A DNA stretch of 64,000 nucleotides, taken from assembly GCA_001784555.1 (NCBI GenBank), contig MFRM01000006.1:34244-98243 (forward strand), written 5' to 3'. Below are positions 28,778-39,586 of the stretch, in pieces. The position numbers were made by a program, and so were the translations under genes. The notes under the pieces were generated by a model. The model did no database searches, had not been told where the DNA came from, and worked only from the letters and a program-made list of their open reading frames with translations. Every line of letters starts with the position of its first letter. Position 1 is the first letter of the stretch. The stretch comes from Candidatus Melainabacteria bacterium RIFCSPHIGHO2_02_FULL_34_12. Its GTDB lineage: Bacteria > Cyanobacteriota > Vampirovibrionia > 2-02-FULL-35-15.

Positions 28778-29490
28778 AAGCATTGATACTTGCAGCAGGC
28801 CTGGGTAAAAGACTGGGATTGGATGACATTCCCAAGCCAATGTATGAAATTGACGGGAAACCAATCCTGGAGCATAATATATTACTTTTGAAAAAGTATG
28901 GAATCCTGGATATTTGTATAACCTTGCATTATAAAGGTGATGTAATAAAAAATTATTTTAAAGATGGTTCAAAATGGGGAGTAAACATTAACTATTCTTT
29001 TGAAAATGAATTACTTGGAACAAGTGGTGCACTTAAGAATGTTGGCTCTTTTTTTAATGATGAAAAGTCTTTTTTTGTAATTTATGGAGACAACTATACA
29101 AGTATCAATTTGGATGAAATATTAACTGTACATAAAAAAACAAAACCAATAGCGACAATTGCAATGTTTGATCCGCAGAAATCATTAAATTCCGGCATTG
29201 CCGGCGGTGTTATTAAGATAGATGAAGAAAATAATATACTTTGTTTTATAGAAGGCAAAGGGAATGGGTTAAATGGGTATGTAAATGCTGGAATCTATAT
29301 TTTGGAGCATGAAATTCTAAGTAAAATTCCTGATAAGTTTCCTTCAGACTTTGGGAAAGATATTTTCCCTAAATTATTAAACGAAGGTTACAAATTAAAA
29401 AGCTATTTAACAGACAGTTTTGTTCTTGCAATCGATACACAAGAAGCACTTAAAAAAGCTGAGGAAGCTTTAAAAAAACAAAGGGCATAA
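28774..29490 (+). CDS. hddC: D-glycero-alpha-D-manno-heptose 1-phosphate guanylyltransferase-like nucleotidyltransferase
   Basis: MKALILAAGLGKRLG...IPKPM NTP-transferase motif. About 238 aa, with no LbH tail. Translationally coupled to the downstream GHMP kinase. Confidence 0.6.
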   Translation: MKALILAAGLGKRLGLDDIPKPMYEIDGKPILEHNILLLKKYGILDICITLHYKGDVIKNYFKDGSKWGVNINYSFENELLGTSGALKNVGSFFNDEKSFFVIYGDNYTSINLDEILTVHKKTKPIATIAMFDPQKSLNSGIAGGVIKIDEENNILCFIEGKGNGLNGYVNAGIYILEHEILSKIPDKFPSDFGKDIFPKLLNEGYKLKSYLTDSFVLAIDTQEALKKAEEALKKQRA

Positions 29491-29491
29491 A

Positions 29492-30556
29492 ATGATAATT
29501 ACCAGAACACCATTCAGAATGACTTTGGGCGGCGGCGGAACTGATCTTCCATCGTACTATAGCGAGTTTGGTGGCTTTGTATTTTCAGTGACCATTGATA
29601 AATACATGTACATAAATTTAAATACTCCTATAGTGGATGATTTGATAAGGATAAAATATTCAAAATATGAAGAAGTTAATGATGTAGAAGAAGTTCAGCA
29701 TAATCTTGCCAGAGAAGCACTTAAGCTTATGGGAATAAAAAATGCTATTGAAATTCAGTCAATGGCAGATATACCTGCAGGTACTGGGCTGGGTTCTTCC
29801 GCATGTTATTTGGTCGGCTTATTAAATGCGCTGCATTGCTATAAAAATACCCCAATCTTTCCCAAGGATCTTGCAGAAGAAGCATGCCGCATAGAAATTG
29901 ATATTCTTAAACATCCCGTTGGAAAACAGGATCAATACACAGCAGCTTTTGGCGGATTTACCATTCTGGACATTGCAAAAGATGGAACTGTGCATGTAGA
30001 GAGGCCAAGAGTGTCAGAGGATACAATTGATGAACTTGAAAATTCATTAATGATCTACTATACACATACGAGCCGATCTGCAAATGAAATTTTAAAAGAA
30101 CAAAGTAAAGCAGTACAGGACAAAAAAGCTGATGCTCATAAATCAGTTGTAGACAGTCTGCATATAATAAAAGAAATTGGTTATAAAACTCTTGATGCCA
30201 TAACTTCCGGGAATTTGGATGCTTTTGGCAGGCTAATGGATGAACACTGGAAAACAAAGAAAAGACTTTCAAATAAAATTTCAAATACCGGAATTGATGA
30301 TCTTTATGAATTAGGAATTAAGAGTGGTGCTTTAGGCGGTAAGATCCTGGGAGCCGGCGGCGGCGGGTTTATGTTGTTTTATTGTCCAAAAGAACGCCAG
30401 TCAAATTTAACCCGTGCAATGTCTGATTGCGGGATGAGAAGAATGAGATTTAAATTTGATTTTGACGGCTCAAAAGTAATGGTTAATGTATTTAACAGAC
30501 GGCAATCGTTGCAGAGAGAGCTTAAAATTGCATCTGCAGTTAAAGCAATAAAGTAA
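29492..30556 (+). CDS. hddA: D-glycero-alpha-D-manno-heptose 7-phosphate kinase (GHMP kinase)
   Basis: MIITRTPFRMTLGGGGTDLP..YYSEFGG is the characteristic HddA N-terminus. GHMP motif PAGTGLGSSAC. Confidence 0.7.
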   Translation: MIITRTPFRMTLGGGGTDLPSYYSEFGGFVFSVTIDKYMYINLNTPIVDDLIRIKYSKYEEVNDVEEVQHNLAREALKLMGIKNAIEIQSMADIPAGTGLGSSACYLVGLLNALHCYKNTPIFPKDLAEEACRIEIDILKHPVGKQDQYTAAFGGFTILDIAKDGTVHVERPRVSEDTIDELENSLMIYYTHTSRSANEILKEQSKAVQDKKADAHKSVVDSLHIIKEIGYKTLDAITSGNLDAFGRLMDEHWKTKKRLSNKISNTGIDDLYELGIKSGALGGKILGAGGGGFMLFYCPKERQSNLTRAMSDCGMRRMRFKFDFDGSKVMVNVFNRRQSLQRELKIASAVKAIK

Positions 30557-30598
30557 TACTGAAACCTAAAAATTAAATAACAGATTGAGGAAATATAA

Positions 30599-31897
30599 AT
30601 GACGATCGGAATATTAGGTGGGGGTATTTCAGGTCTTTCATTAGCTTATTTTTTAGGCAGTGATTATGAAATTCTGGAAAAGAATAAAAATTGTGGCGGG
30701 TTGTGTACCACATTTGAAAAAAACGGGTTTTTATATGATATAGGCGGCCATATTATTTTTTCTTCTGATAAAGATATCCTTAATTTTGAAGTTGAATTAA
30801 TGGGAGATAAAGTTGAGAAAAGAAGACGAAGCAATAAAATCTGGTACAAAGGCCGTTTTGTAAAATATCCTTTTGAAAATGGATTACATGCACTTGATAA
30901 AGAAGAAATTGTTGAGTGTATAAAGGATTATCTTCAGAACAATAATCTAAAACCGACAAATTTAAAAGAATGGTTTCTGTATACTTTTGGAAATGCAATA
31001 TCAGAGAAATATATGCTTCCATATAATGAAAAGATTTGGAAAATTGATCCAGCTCTTATGGGAATGGAGTGGGTGGAAAGAATTCCAAAACCCCCTGTTG
31101 AAGATGTAATAAAGTCAGCAATTGGAATTGAAACAGAAGGATATACTCACCAGCTTTATTTTTATTATCCAAAAACCGGGGGTTTTCAGACACTAATTAA
31201 AACTTTTGAAGAAAAATTAAATAATATTCACAGGAATGAAGAAGTCGCCTCAATTGAAAAAATAAATGATAAATGGAAAGTAGAAACAAATAAAGGTATC
31301 TATAATTATGAAGATCTTGTTTCAACCCTGCCAATATTTGAGCTTGTAAAAATCTTAAAAATAAAAATCCCGCCTGAAGTACTAAAAGCAATTCAAAATC
31401 TTAGATATAATTCAATGGCAGTGGTTTTGGTCGGATTAAATAAAGTTAAACATGAAGACCTTACTGCTATTTATGTTCCTGATAAAGAAAGTCCTGCACA
31501 CAGATATTGCTTTAGCAGTGGCTTTTCAAAAAGCCTTTCACCAGAGGGATGTTCATCGATTTTTGCTGAGATTACATTTAATAGTCATGTTCTAAAAGAA
31601 GAAATAGCCAGTCAAAAAATAATTGATAAAACGGTATGGTGGCTAACAAAAGAAGGATTTATAGATAAAAATGACGTATGTGAGACTGACATTAAATATA
31701 TAAAATATGCCTATCCGGTTTATGATCTTAACTATACTAAAAATATAAAAATTATTTATGATTATTTTGACAGTATAAAATTACATTTGCTTGGAAGATT
31801 TGCACAGTTCATTTATATAAACAGTGATGTGTGCATTAAAAATGCCAAAGCATTAGCGAATAAATTGAAACAAGGAGTAAAGGGAGTAAAAATTTGA
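30599..31897 (+). CDS. FAD-dependent oxidoreductase, amine-oxidase superfamily (possibly UDP-galactopyranose mutase-like)
   Basis: GILGGGISGLSLAYFL (GxGxxG) followed by GGLCTT...YDIGGHIIF. Confidence 0.45.
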   Translation: MTIGILGGGISGLSLAYFLGSDYEILEKNKNCGGLCTTFEKNGFLYDIGGHIIFSSDKDILNFEVELMGDKVEKRRRSNKIWYKGRFVKYPFENGLHALDKEEIVECIKDYLQNNNLKPTNLKEWFLYTFGNAISEKYMLPYNEKIWKIDPALMGMEWVERIPKPPVEDVIKSAIGIETEGYTHQLYFYYPKTGGFQTLIKTFEEKLNNIHRNEEVASIEKINDKWKVETNKGIYNYEDLVSTLPIFELVKILKIKIPPEVLKAIQNLRYNSMAVVLVGLNKVKHEDLTAIYVPDKESPAHRYCFSSGFSKSLSPEGCSSIFAEITFNSHVLKEEIASQKIIDKTVWWLTKEGFIDKNDVCETDIKYIKYAYPVYDLNYTKNIKIIYDYFDSIKLHLLGRFAQFIYINSDVCIKNAKALANKLKQGVKGVKI

Positions 31898-32844
31898 AAT
31901 ATTTCATAACAGGCGGAGCAGGTTTTATCGGATCAACAATGATTGAAAGATTGATTCATGAAAATGAAATTACTGTTTTTGACAATTTTTGCTCTGGTCA
32001 GATGTCATATATTGAACAGTATATGAATAATCCAAAATTTAAATTAATTAAGGGAGATCTTCTGGATCTTCCTACATTAAAGCAAGCAATTAAAGGACAT
32101 GATTTTGTGTTTCATTTTGCTGCAAATCCAGATATTGCAAAAGCAATGTATGAGACAGATCTTGATTTAAGACTTGGAGTAATAGCTACTTATAATGTGC
32201 TTGAATCAATGAGACTTAATAATGTAAATAAAATTGCATATTCGTCTGGAAGCGGTGTTTATGGTGATGTAGGCACTACAGAAACACCTGAAAATTTTGG
32301 TCCTCTTTTGCCTACATCAATGTATGGCGCCAGTAAACTTGGTGCTGAAGGATTAATCAGTGCATTTTGTCATATGTTTGACATGCAGTCATGGATGTAT
32401 CGTTTTGCAAATGTAATTGGAAGAAATCAAACACATGGTGTCGGATATGATTTCATAAGAAAACTCAGAGAAAATCCCAAAAAACTTTTGATACTTGGAG
32501 ATGGAACACAGAGCAAATCCTACATTCATATAAATGATGTTCTGGATGCAATGTTATTTATAATAAAAAATACTAATGAAAAAGTAAATATTTACAATGT
32601 AGCTACAGGGGATTATATAACCGTAAATGAAATTGCAAATATTGTGGTTGAAAAAATGGGACTGCATGATGTGAAGTTTGAATACACGGGCGGTAAAAAA
32701 GGGTGGAAAGGTGATGTTCCTGTTGTAAGATTTAATCTTGAAAAGATTTATAAATTAGGCTGGAAAGTGAAATATAGTTCTGAGCAAGCAGTAAGAAAAT
32801 CCATAGATGAAATGCTAAGCATAGAAACCAGCTGCACAAAATAA
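31894..32844 (+). CDS. NAD-dependent nucleotide-sugar epimerase/dehydratase (extended SDR)
   Basis: FITGGAGFIGS Rossmann fold and YGASK catalytic motif. 316 aa. Confidence 0.75.
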   Translation: MKYFITGGAGFIGSTMIERLIHENEITVFDNFCSGQMSYIEQYMNNPKFKLIKGDLLDLPTLKQAIKGHDFVFHFAANPDIAKAMYETDLDLRLGVIATYNVLESMRLNNVNKIAYSSGSGVYGDVGTTETPENFGPLLPTSMYGASKLGAEGLISAFCHMFDMQSWMYRFANVIGRNQTHGVGYDFIRKLRENPKKLLILGDGTQSKSYIHINDVLDAMLFIIKNTNEKVNIYNVATGDYITVNEIANIVVEKMGLHDVKFEYTGGKKGWKGDVPVVRFNLEKIYKLGWKVKYSSEQAVRKSIDEMLSIETSCTK

Positions 32845-32848
32845 CCAA

Positions 32849-34024
32849 ATGTCTGGAGAAAATATTAAAGTCAGCGCAGTAATACCTTGCCTCGATGAGG
32901 AGAATACAATTGCTGAAACCATAAACAATATTAAAGAAGGTTTTACAACTGCAGGGGTTAAAGGCGAAATTATAATTGTAGACAGTTCGAAGGACAACTC
33001 ACCTAAAATTGCTGCTGAGCTTGGTGCAAAAGTAATTTCAGTTCCAAAACGAGGATTAGGGCAGGCATATATTGATGCTATTCCTTATATAAAAGGCAAA
33101 TATGTAATTATGGGAGATGCTGATTGTACTTATGATTTTCGTGAAACAAATAAATTTATAAATAAACTGGATGAAGGTTTTGAATTTGTAATGGGTACCA
33201 GAATGAAAGGTTATATTGAGAAGGATGCAATGCCCCCTTTGCACAGATATTTTGGCACTCCTCTTACAACGTGGATTTTAAATATGCTTCTTGGAACAAA
33301 TTTTTCCGATATACATTGTGGTTTAAGAGCAATTACTCTTGACGGACTTAAGAAAATAGATATTCAAAGCAAATCATGGGAGTATGCATCTGAAATGGTA
33401 GTGAAAGCAAGCCTCCTGGATTTAAAAAATGCTGAAGTACCCATTCATTTTTATAAAGACAAGCATGGAAGAGTAAGCCATCATAAAAGACAAGGATGGT
33501 TTTCTCCATGGCATGCAGGGTGGATAAATTTAAAAGTAATGCTTCTTTATGTACCGGGCAAAATGATAATTCAGCCTGGCATTCTTTTTTTATTGCTTGG
33601 ACTTTCACTTATTTTAATGCAAGTTAATGGTCCTCTTAATATGGGTTTCTTTACATTCAGTACAAATACAATGATGCTTGGTTTAACTCTTGCAGTGCTT
33701 GGATTTTCATCAATTCAAATGGGAATACTTGTCAGTTTGTTTTCACATTTGCACAAATATATAAATAATAAAACAACAAGATTTTTTTACAATTCATTTT
33801 CATATACAAAAGGAATGATTTTCGGGTTTTTAACTTCTTTTGGCGGTTTGGTACTCGCATCTACTCTTATATATCAATGGTACGAAAACGGATATAAATT
33901 AATTTATGTTCCGTGGTATGTTGTATTCGGGTTGCTCTTACTTATTTTCGGTATTCAGACAATCTTATTTAACTTAGTCTGCCAAGCCTTCTTACTTACA
34001 CATGGGACGGATGAAAATTTATGA
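32849..34024 (+). CDS. GT2 polyprenyl-phosphate glycosyltransferase with C-terminal TM helices (GtrB/ArnC-like)
   Basis: VSAVIPCLDEENTI...IIVDSSKDNS GT-A N-terminus. The C-terminal roughly 150 aa is strongly hydrophobic with several predicted TM segments. Confidence 0.7.
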   Translation: MSGENIKVSAVIPCLDEENTIAETINNIKEGFTTAGVKGEIIIVDSSKDNSPKIAAELGAKVISVPKRGLGQAYIDAIPYIKGKYVIMGDADCTYDFRETNKFINKLDEGFEFVMGTRMKGYIEKDAMPPLHRYFGTPLTTWILNMLLGTNFSDIHCGLRAITLDGLKKIDIQSKSWEYASEMVVKASLLDLKNAEVPIHFYKDKHGRVSHHKRQGWFSPWHAGWINLKVMLLYVPGKMIIQPGILFLLLGLSLILMQVNGPLNMGFFTFSTNTMMLGLTLAVLGFSSIQMGILVSLFSHLHKYINNKTTRFFYNSFSYTKGMIFGFLTSFGGLVLASTLIYQWYENGYKLIYVPWYVVFGLLLLIFGIQTILFNLVCQAFLLTHGTDENL

Positions 34025-34647
34025 GGAATTCATTAATGGAAGTAAGGAATAAATCGTATGGTGAAGATTATAAGCTTTCTTTTATAGATGAATTCGGTAT
34101 AAATCTTTCCGTAAAAAAAGTTTTAAAATCTGTTTCACAGTTATCCGAAGATATTTCATGCCTTGATATAGGATGCGGCTATAATGCCATGTTTTTAAAA
34201 AAGCTTTTGCCAAATATTACTGAAGGAACAGGGATTGATGTTTCAATAAATAGTGCTCTTAAAGATATAAAAAAATTACAATTTATAGAATCACCGATAG
34301 AAACTGCTGTAAATCAACTAGGTGGAAAATCATTTGATTTAATTCTTATTATGTCGGTTCTTGAACATCTGAATGATCCTTTACTTATTTTAAAGAAGTC
34401 TTATGAACATTTAAATGAGGGTGGCTATTTGTTTGTAAATGTTCCTACATGGCTAGGAAAGATATTCCTTGAGTTTTCAGCTTTTAAGTTAGGACTGAGC
34501 CCTTTTTATGAAATGGATGATCATAAAATGTATTATGATAAAAAAGATTTATGGCCTTTGCTAGTAAAAGCAGGATTTAAACCCAGTAAAATAAAAATGC
34601 AATATCATAAATTTGGTTTAAATTTGTTTGTTGTGGTTTGTAAATAA
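34021..34647 (+). CDS. Class I SAM-dependent methyltransferase
   Basis: Motif I LDIGCGYNAM; LILIMSVLEHLNDP post-I region. Confidence 0.6.
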   Translation: MRNSLMEVRNKSYGEDYKLSFIDEFGINLSVKKVLKSVSQLSEDISCLDIGCGYNAMFLKKLLPNITEGTGIDVSINSALKDIKKLQFIESPIETAVNQLGGKSFDLILIMSVLEHLNDPLLILKKSYEHLNEGGYLFVNVPTWLGKIFLEFSAFKLGLSPFYEMDDHKMYYDKKDLWPLLVKAGFKPSKIKMQYHKFGLNLFVVVCK

Positions 34648-36746
34648 TGTCAAACTTTATTTCTAGGCTAAAAAATCTGAAATTAAAAATAAAACCCGAG
34701 GTTTCGTTTGATTTCTTTTTTATTTTTTTGCTTTTATTTTTAATTTATCCGCTCACAAAGAAATATATTTTTGACAGATATGATGATTTTTATATTGATG
34801 AAAACTGGTATGTAACAGACGGATTTTTATTTTTAAAAGGTCTTGTGCCTTATAAGGATTTCTTTGAAAATAAGCCGATTATGATTGTTTTAATAAATGC
34901 ATTGAGTATTCTTATATTTGGCTTAAAGAATTGTGCTTTTAAAATAATGCCTGTAAGTCTGGTGATTCTATCAGCGGTTTTATTTTATTTGAGCTTGGTA
35001 AAAATAAGAATCCTAAGATTCTTTTCATTTGCCATTGCATTTTATGCTGCTTATATGATTTTGCATCCTGATTACCATGATAACGGGATAAATGATACGG
35101 AAACGCTGGGATTTGTTTTTGCTTTGCTTAGCTTTTCTTCATTCTTTGGGATTAATAAATTGAAGATTAAAAAACTTCTTGTTTCACATTTTTGTGGAGG
35201 AATATTTTTTGCATTGTCTCTTTTATCTAAAGAGCCGTTTTTAATATCGCTTTCCCCGCTCCTATTGTTTACTTTTATTGAAGAAAAGCCTTTTAAGGTT
35301 AATTATTCTAAACTTGTTTCATTGATAAGTGGTGCAGGTTCAATTTTCCTAGTCTTTTTTCTTTATCTTTTAATTACCGGTGCATTTTTATCTTATGTGG
35401 ATATATTTTTATGGAATTTAGCTTACAGTTCCCAATACACTAAAATAGTTAATTTTCATGTGCCGGATTCTTTTTTCCAGAGATTGCAATATGATTGGGA
35501 GCATTTATATGGCGGATACAAGAACTTTAATGTATTTATGCCGCTTGTAATATTTTATGTTGCAGCATTATTTTTTAACAAATTAAATTTAAAAATAATT
35601 TTATGTGTTTTTGGAATTTTCTGCGGTCTATACAGTGTTTCAATGGGACATTTATTTTGGAGACATTATTATTTAATTGGTATTTTTCCTTTTATAGTTC
35701 CTGCAATTCTGGGAGCCAAGAATTTCTCTGATTATTTGAGTTCCTCAAAAGAAAATAAAACTTTGAACCATGATTTAATCAGTATTGTTCTAATAATAGC
35801 TGCATATTCAATTTGTACTTTTACAAAGCCTGCAGTTTTTCTGAATGAATATGGTTCCAGCTACTCTACGGTTAATATAGGGGATAAGCTGGATGTTTTT
35901 AAAAGTAAAGTTTTACCTGTTATAGGAAATCTTACCTCAAAAAAAGATAAAGTATTGCTGGTAGGTTACCCGAATTTATATATTCTGGCTGACAGACTAC
36001 CGGCAACAAAATATATCACTCCAGTAGATAACTTTTTGGCTGTAAACACACTTAATCAAAGCTCTGAGAAAAGAAAAAAAATATTCATAGAAGAGCTTAA
36101 CAAAAACAAACCCAAAATAATTTATCTTCAACCGCAGTATCCTTTTGGTGGCGGTTTTATTTCCCAGTATATAACTCCTTTTATCTCTGAAAATAATTAT
36201 TTTAACTGTGGAAACAATCTTTATTTAAGAAACACTCCCTCAGATTCAGAGAAAGAAATTTATTGTGAACCTAATGTAGAAGAAATTAAATTAAATCTTT
36301 CAACTTCATTGGTTTCTATAACTGCTGTTTCAAATAATGAGCATAGTGATCAATGGAAAGCCAGTAATGCTGTAGACGGATTATCCTATACTGATTGGGC
36401 AGTAAGGGGAAATGGACCTGCTGTTTTTACTGTATTTTTAAAAAGACCTGCAAATATAAAATCCATCTGGTTATATGCCAGGCAGCCTTATGCTACTTAT
36501 CAAAGCTGGGAGAAATTGACTGCTAAATTTTATTTTTCTGAGACTTTACGATCTGCCCAGGAGATTTCTTTACCAGAAGCATATAGACGCAGAATGCAAA
36601 AAGCAAATCCTATTTCAGTTTATGCTGACAAAATTGAACTTTATTTTTCTGATGCTGATGCAGTTAAAAAGAAACCAAATGGAGAGCCCTCAGAGCATCC
36701 TATAGACTCAGGATACACGGAAATTTTAGTGGAAGAAATAAAATAA
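34647..36746 (+). CDS. Polytopic membrane protein (GT-C-like) with a C-terminal discoidin (F5/8 type C)-like domain; paralog 1
   Basis: About 10 predicted TM helices in the first roughly 520 aa. The C-terminal 150 aa has NAVDGLSYTDWAVRGNGPAVFTVFL...IKSIWLYARQ..., a discoidin-like A-x-DG-x-x-T-x-W pattern. The C-terminus is homologous to the C-termini of 37485..39581 and 41157..43085. Confidence 0.5.
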   Translation: MSNFISRLKNLKLKIKPEVSFDFFFIFLLLFLIYPLTKKYIFDRYDDFYIDENWYVTDGFLFLKGLVPYKDFFENKPIMIVLINALSILIFGLKNCAFKIMPVSLVILSAVLFYLSLVKIRILRFFSFAIAFYAAYMILHPDYHDNGINDTETLGFVFALLSFSSFFGINKLKIKKLLVSHFCGGIFFALSLLSKEPFLISLSPLLLFTFIEEKPFKVNYSKLVSLISGAGSIFLVFFLYLLITGAFLSYVDIFLWNLAYSSQYTKIVNFHVPDSFFQRLQYDWEHLYGGYKNFNVFMPLVIFYVAALFFNKLNLKIILCVFGIFCGLYSVSMGHLFWRHYYLIGIFPFIVPAILGAKNFSDYLSSSKENKTLNHDLISIVLIIAAYSICTFTKPAVFLNEYGSSYSTVNIGDKLDVFKSKVLPVIGNLTSKKDKVLLVGYPNLYILADRLPATKYITPVDNFLAVNTLNQSSEKRKKIFIEELNKNKPKIIYLQPQYPFGGGFISQYITPFISENNYFNCGNNLYLRNTPSDSEKEIYCEPNVEEIKLNLSTSLVSITAVSNNEHSDQWKASNAVDGLSYTDWAVRGNGPAVFTVFLKRPANIKSIWLYARQPYATYQSWEKLTAKFYFSETLRSAQEISLPEAYRRRMQKANPISVYADKIELYFSDADAVKKKPNGEPSEHPIDSGYTEILVEEIK

Positions 36747-36747
36747 C

Positions 36748-37449
36748 ATGAACAAGCCAGAATTAGCTGCAGTAATGCCTGTTTTTAATGAAGAAGAAAT
36801 TATTGCTGCTGTTGTATCAAAATGGACAAAAGAATTTGAAAGACTTGGAATTAATTATAAATTTCACATATATGATGCTTCTACAGATAAAACAAGCGAT
36901 ATTTTAAATAAGATTGGAAATAAAAATATAATTGTTCATAAAAGACCAAGGCTTGGTCATGGTCCGGATCTGGTATACGGTTACAGAGAAAATTCTGACA
37001 GTGAATGGATTTTCCAGATAGACTCAGATGATGAAATGGGTACTGAAGGGTTTGAATCCTTATGGAAAAATAAGGAAAAATTTGATTTATTGCTTGGAAG
37101 GAGAAACAGAAAAAATCAACCATTTACTCGCCAGATAATCAGCTTTATATCCAGACTAGTAATTAAAGTGTTTTATGGTAATAAGGTATATGATGTCAAT
37201 TCTCCATATAGATTAATGAAGTCTTCTGGATTCAAGACTCTGTACATGAAACTTCCTGATGATTTATGCATCCCTAATATTGTGATTTCAGGTTATGCAT
37301 CTCTTAAAAATTTAAGAGTGTTTGAAACTGAAGTCAGCCATTCACAAAGGAAAACAGGCACGGTATCCATACAAAAAATGAAACTTCTGAAAATAGCATT
37401 TAAATCTTTTCTTCAAGCTATTACTTTTAGATTTAGCATTAATAACTGA
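36748..37449 (+). CDS. GT2 glycosyltransferase (polyprenyl-phosphate sugar synthase-like)
   Basis: LAAVMPVFNEEEII...IYDASTDKT GT-A N-terminus. 233 aa. Confidence 0.65.
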   Translation: MNKPELAAVMPVFNEEEIIAAVVSKWTKEFERLGINYKFHIYDASTDKTSDILNKIGNKNIIVHKRPRLGHGPDLVYGYRENSDSEWIFQIDSDDEMGTEGFESLWKNKEKFDLLLGRRNRKNQPFTRQIISFISRLVIKVFYGNKVYDVNSPYRLMKSSGFKTLYMKLPDDLCIPNIVISGYASLKNLRVFETEVSHSQRKTGTVSIQKMKLLKIAFKSFLQAITFRFSINN

Positions 37450-37484
37450 TGTTAAAATAATAATCTTACATTTGTAAAAATTCT

Positions 37485-39581
37485 ATGGAAAAAGATTCAA
37501 AATCAGGTTTTAGTATATTACTGTTAAATGTTCTTTTGATTTATACAGTTTTTATTTTTTATTATTGGACACCAAAGTATATTTTTGACCCCCTTAGTTT
37601 TCAGAACATAGATCATGGGGGTTATTACAATGAACTTGCCCAAAATTTAAAACAAGGGAAAGTATACATGCCGACTAAGCCCGATCCAAGGCTTTTGAAG
37701 CTTGAAGATCCTTATGATCCGACTCAAAACGGAGGTTTAAGAATACATGATCTTTCGCTTTATAAGGAAAAATATTATTTATATTTTGGTGTCAGTCCTG
37801 TAGTAACTTTATACATTCCTTATCAAATTATTACTAAACATGGAATGCCCAATACTCTTGCAATACTTATTTTTTGTTTTGGCGGATTTATTTTTTCTGT
37901 TCTTTTTTTAAGGCTATTGAAAAAAAAATATTTTAATGAAGTACCTGAATGGATGATGCTTCTTGCAATAGGAGTACTTGGCTTTGGAAATGGTGCAGGA
38001 ATTCTTCTTAGGAGACCAGACATATATGAAACAGCAATAGCATCCGGATTCTTTTTCTCCGTAGGAGCAATTTATTTTTTTTGTGCAGCATTTAAGAATG
38101 GAAAGAGTGATTTAAAATTATTGATTTTTGGCAGTTTATTTTTAGGACTTGCTGTTGGTGGACGACCGCAAACAGTGCTATTTGCAATACTTTTTCCTTA
38201 TATATGGTTTAAGATTTTTTGTGATTTATCGAAAGAAAATCTTAAAACTAAGATTATTACAGTAGCTGCTTCTTTAACCCCATTTTTAATCTGCATGATT
38301 TTGCTTGGCTTATATAATTTCTTACGGTTTGAAAACCCATTTTGTTTTGGTGCTGAATATCAGCTTGCAGCAAAACATATGCATAAAATGGGTCTTTTTG
38401 ATATCAGGCGAATTCCTGCAAACTTTTATCTTAATTTAGTTCAGTCACCGGTTATTGATCATATATTTCCTTTCGTACATATAAGACCCTCTTTGCCAAA
38501 TTATGTCAGGCTTGCTCCTTTATATGATTTTGCAGGCATTGTTGGGGCTTTTCCAGCTGTCCCGTTTCTTTTTCTTTTGTTTTTATATCCACTTGACCGT
38601 TGGTTTAGAAATCATTTGCAAGGCATAAAAACAAAAATCTATATGAAAGATTTTCCATATTTTGAGTTTATTATGCTAGTTACCTCAGCTCTTTTAAATA
38701 TTTTTGTTCTCTTATTTATGCCTGGTACTATAATGCGATACTTGGCGGATTATGTTACTTTTTTAATTCTTGCGACCTGTATCATTTGGTTTTATTTCAG
38801 TACAAAATTACGGATAAAAAAAGATAAAAAACTGGTAATAACTGCTGTCAGTATTATTCTTGCATTACAGAGCATATTTTTTGGAATTGCATTTGACATT
38901 AATTCACCTGAAGCCAGCTTATCCGGTCATAATTCCCAGGAATATAGAAAATTAGAATCTCTTTGTAAGCCTGTTTCTGATTTAATATATGCTATTAATA
39001 ACCGCCAATTTATTAATTTAGCGCCTCTTACAAAACAATTGAGTGAAAATATTTCTGTTGGGTTAGATAAAATCAATCTTTCAGTGTCAGATATCACTGC
39101 AGGCAAAAAATATACCTGGGATGAAGTAAAATCTATGACTCATCCTGTTCCATTTGTAATTTCTTCCACTAATGTTTATAGTGGTGATTGGAAGGCTGAG
39201 TTTGCAGCAGATGGAAATATAAACAGTTCCTGGGCAGCCAGAGGTACAGGACCGGCAGTTCTTACCATATATCCTGTGGAATCGGTAAAAATTAAATCAA
39301 TCTGGTTTTTACCCCGAATACCCTACTCTTCATATCAGGGATGGGAAAAGCTTCAAGCAAAGTTCTTTTTTCAGGAAAAACTTAAGTCTGCAAAAATTAT
39401 TAAATTACCCAGTGCTTATAAACGAAGAATACAACAAGCTAAGTTTAATTCTCCGAAAACCGATAAAATCGAGATTTACTTATCCGATACTGATGCAGTA
39501 AAAAGAAAGCCTGATGGTCAGCTTTCTGATCATCCGATTGACTCAGGATTCGATGAAATTCTTATTGATGCTATAAAGTAA
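37485..39581 (+). CDS. Polytopic membrane protein (GT-C-like) with a C-terminal discoidin-like domain; paralog 2
   Basis: The N-terminal loop [37 protein letters not shown]...[14 protein letters not shown] is nearly identical in pattern to the paralog at 41157..43085. About 10 TM helices. C-terminal [26 protein letters not shown] discoidin-like domain. Confidence 0.5.
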   Translation: MEKDSKSGFSILLLNVLLIYTVFIFYYWTPKYIFDPLSFQNIDHGGYYNELAQNLKQGKVYMPTKPDPRLLKLEDPYDPTQNGGLRIHDLSLYKEKYYLYFGVSPVVTLYIPYQIITKHGMPNTLAILIFCFGGFIFSVLFLRLLKKKYFNEVPEWMMLLAIGVLGFGNGAGILLRRPDIYETAIASGFFFSVGAIYFFCAAFKNGKSDLKLLIFGSLFLGLAVGGRPQTVLFAILFPYIWFKIFCDLSKENLKTKIITVAASLTPFLICMILLGLYNFLRFENPFCFGAEYQLAAKHMHKMGLFDIRRIPANFYLNLVQSPVIDHIFPFVHIRPSLPNYVRLAPLYDFAGIVGAFPAVPFLFLLFLYPLDRWFRNHLQGIKTKIYMKDFPYFEFIMLVTSALLNIFVLLFMPGTIMRYLADYVTFLILATCIIWFYFSTKLRIKKDKKLVITAVSIILALQSIFFGIAFDINSPEASLSGHNSQEYRKLESLCKPVSDLIYAINNRQFINLAPLTKQLSENISVGLDKINLSVSDITAGKKYTWDEVKSMTHPVPFVISSTNVYSGDWKAEFAADGNINSSWAARGTGPAVLTIYPVESVKIKSIWFLPRIPYSSYQGWEKLQAKFFFQEKLKSAKIIKLPSAYKRRIQQAKFNSPKTDKIEIYLSDTDAVKRKPDGQLSDHPIDSGFDEILIDAIK

Positions 39582-39586
39582 TTAAT

